A stretch of DNA of 37,247 nt from Chiloscyllium plagiosum (taxonomy: Eukaryota). The stretch spans positions 6,114,307 to 6,151,553 of the forward strand of contig NC_057759.1 of assembly GCF_004010195.1 (NCBI RefSeq). The letters are read 5' to 3'. Both the position numbers and the translations under genes were made by a program. The notes under the pieces were generated by a model. The model did not search any database. It had not been told where the DNA came from and was given only the letters and a program-made list of their open reading frames with translations. Position 1 is the stretch's first letter. Every line of letters begins with the position of its first letter. This document shows, in pieces, positions 36,196 through 37,247 of this stretch.

Positions 36196-37247
36196 ATTGA
36201 ATGATCCACGTTGTTTTTTTTCATCACAATAAAACTCCCATTAAGTGAGTCCCTTTCGCAAAGCAATGTCGACTCTGCCTGATTATAACTAGATTTTATA
36301 AATGTCACATTTGTCTTCCTTCACGACTGATTGCAGCATTTTCCCCCGTGACTGATGTGAAACCAAGCAGCCTATACATCCCTGCCTTTTTTATCCCTGC
36401 TTCCATGAAGATAGGAATATCCTGCAGCCTGCTGTGGCCATTTTAGAACCTCGGATATTTTGAAAGATTAAGACTCGTGATCCGGCTACTTCGTTTTTGA
36501 AGATGTGATGATGAAGTCTCTTGTAGCATTGCATGACTCACAGAAAGAACATGCACATTTCGGGCAGGAGGATCACCTCACACTGTGTGACATTCCACTG
36601 CAAAGGTTCTTCCTTCACCTCAGTAGTCACAGTGCAATATGTGACCATGCAGTCAGCCTCATGTCATGTTATAGTCATGGGATGCATCAATAAGCACCGA
36701 ACCCACATGTGTCTCAGCCTGAGGTCTTTCAAAATTGAGTGTTGTTAATAAACTTCAAGACATCTGTCTCAACAACAACAGACTGCATGCTATTGGGACA
36801 ATTCTGCCTCTGTAACAGTGTTATGTTATCCCTGATTTGTTTTTTTTCCAAAAGGGTTTGTAAAGGCAGTGGTGCTGAAATAGTGAATAGATATAGCCTG
36901 ACTCAACAATCGGGGAAGCCTTTATGTTTTTTAATAGTTGTACAATGAAAGGCGAGCGACCAGTTCTCTCAGCTCAGGTTTTATTTCAGTTTGATTTAAT
37001 ATTACTGGAATTAAAAAAAAAACTGGAGGACTTAGAGAAGCAGCTACAATGAAACAAAGTTCTATGCTCTAACAGGCGTTTTCTTGATTGACTCTACTCT
37101 CTGAAACTACCAATACTGACCAGAATGTGCAGGTTCGGGTGAATTGGCTATGCTAAATTACCCATAGTGCCCAAGGACGTGCTGGTTATGATAGATTGGT
37201 TGTGCGAAATAATACATGTGTGGGTTATTGTGGTTTGCTATGCTCAA

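Overview
This is eukaryotic genomic DNA, most likely from a cartilaginous fish (shark). That assignment is inferred from the repeat content: CR1-type LINE tails, tRNA-derived HE1-like V-SINEs and Penelope terminal repeats. The window has two N-gaps. The left part (5.3-11.2 kb) is a piece of a replication-dependent histone cluster. It holds an intact H2B (+), a 5'-truncated H2A remnant that keeps its stem-loop (+), an intact H3.2 (-) whose promoter and first 10 codons are tandemly duplicated, and an H1 (-). In that H1 a 1-nt deletion within a 30-bp tail repeat switches the Lys-rich C-terminus to a 36-residue Arg-rich, protamine-like tail. No H4 is visible. Near 16.8 kb there is a GC-rich promoter with two NRF1-type sites followed by two apparently non-coding spliced exons (+). 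From 21.2 to 30.3 kb (-) lie six clear and one doubtful phase-1 Ig-domain exons of an Fc-receptor-like gene; most are disrupted, so it is probably a pseudogene. The rest is mainly decayed retroelements (CR1, Tx1/L1, Rex1-Babar, SINEs) and many short Penelope-like fragments carrying hammerhead-ribozyme core motifs, often as inverted pairs. Repeat boundaries are approximate and no database searches were run.
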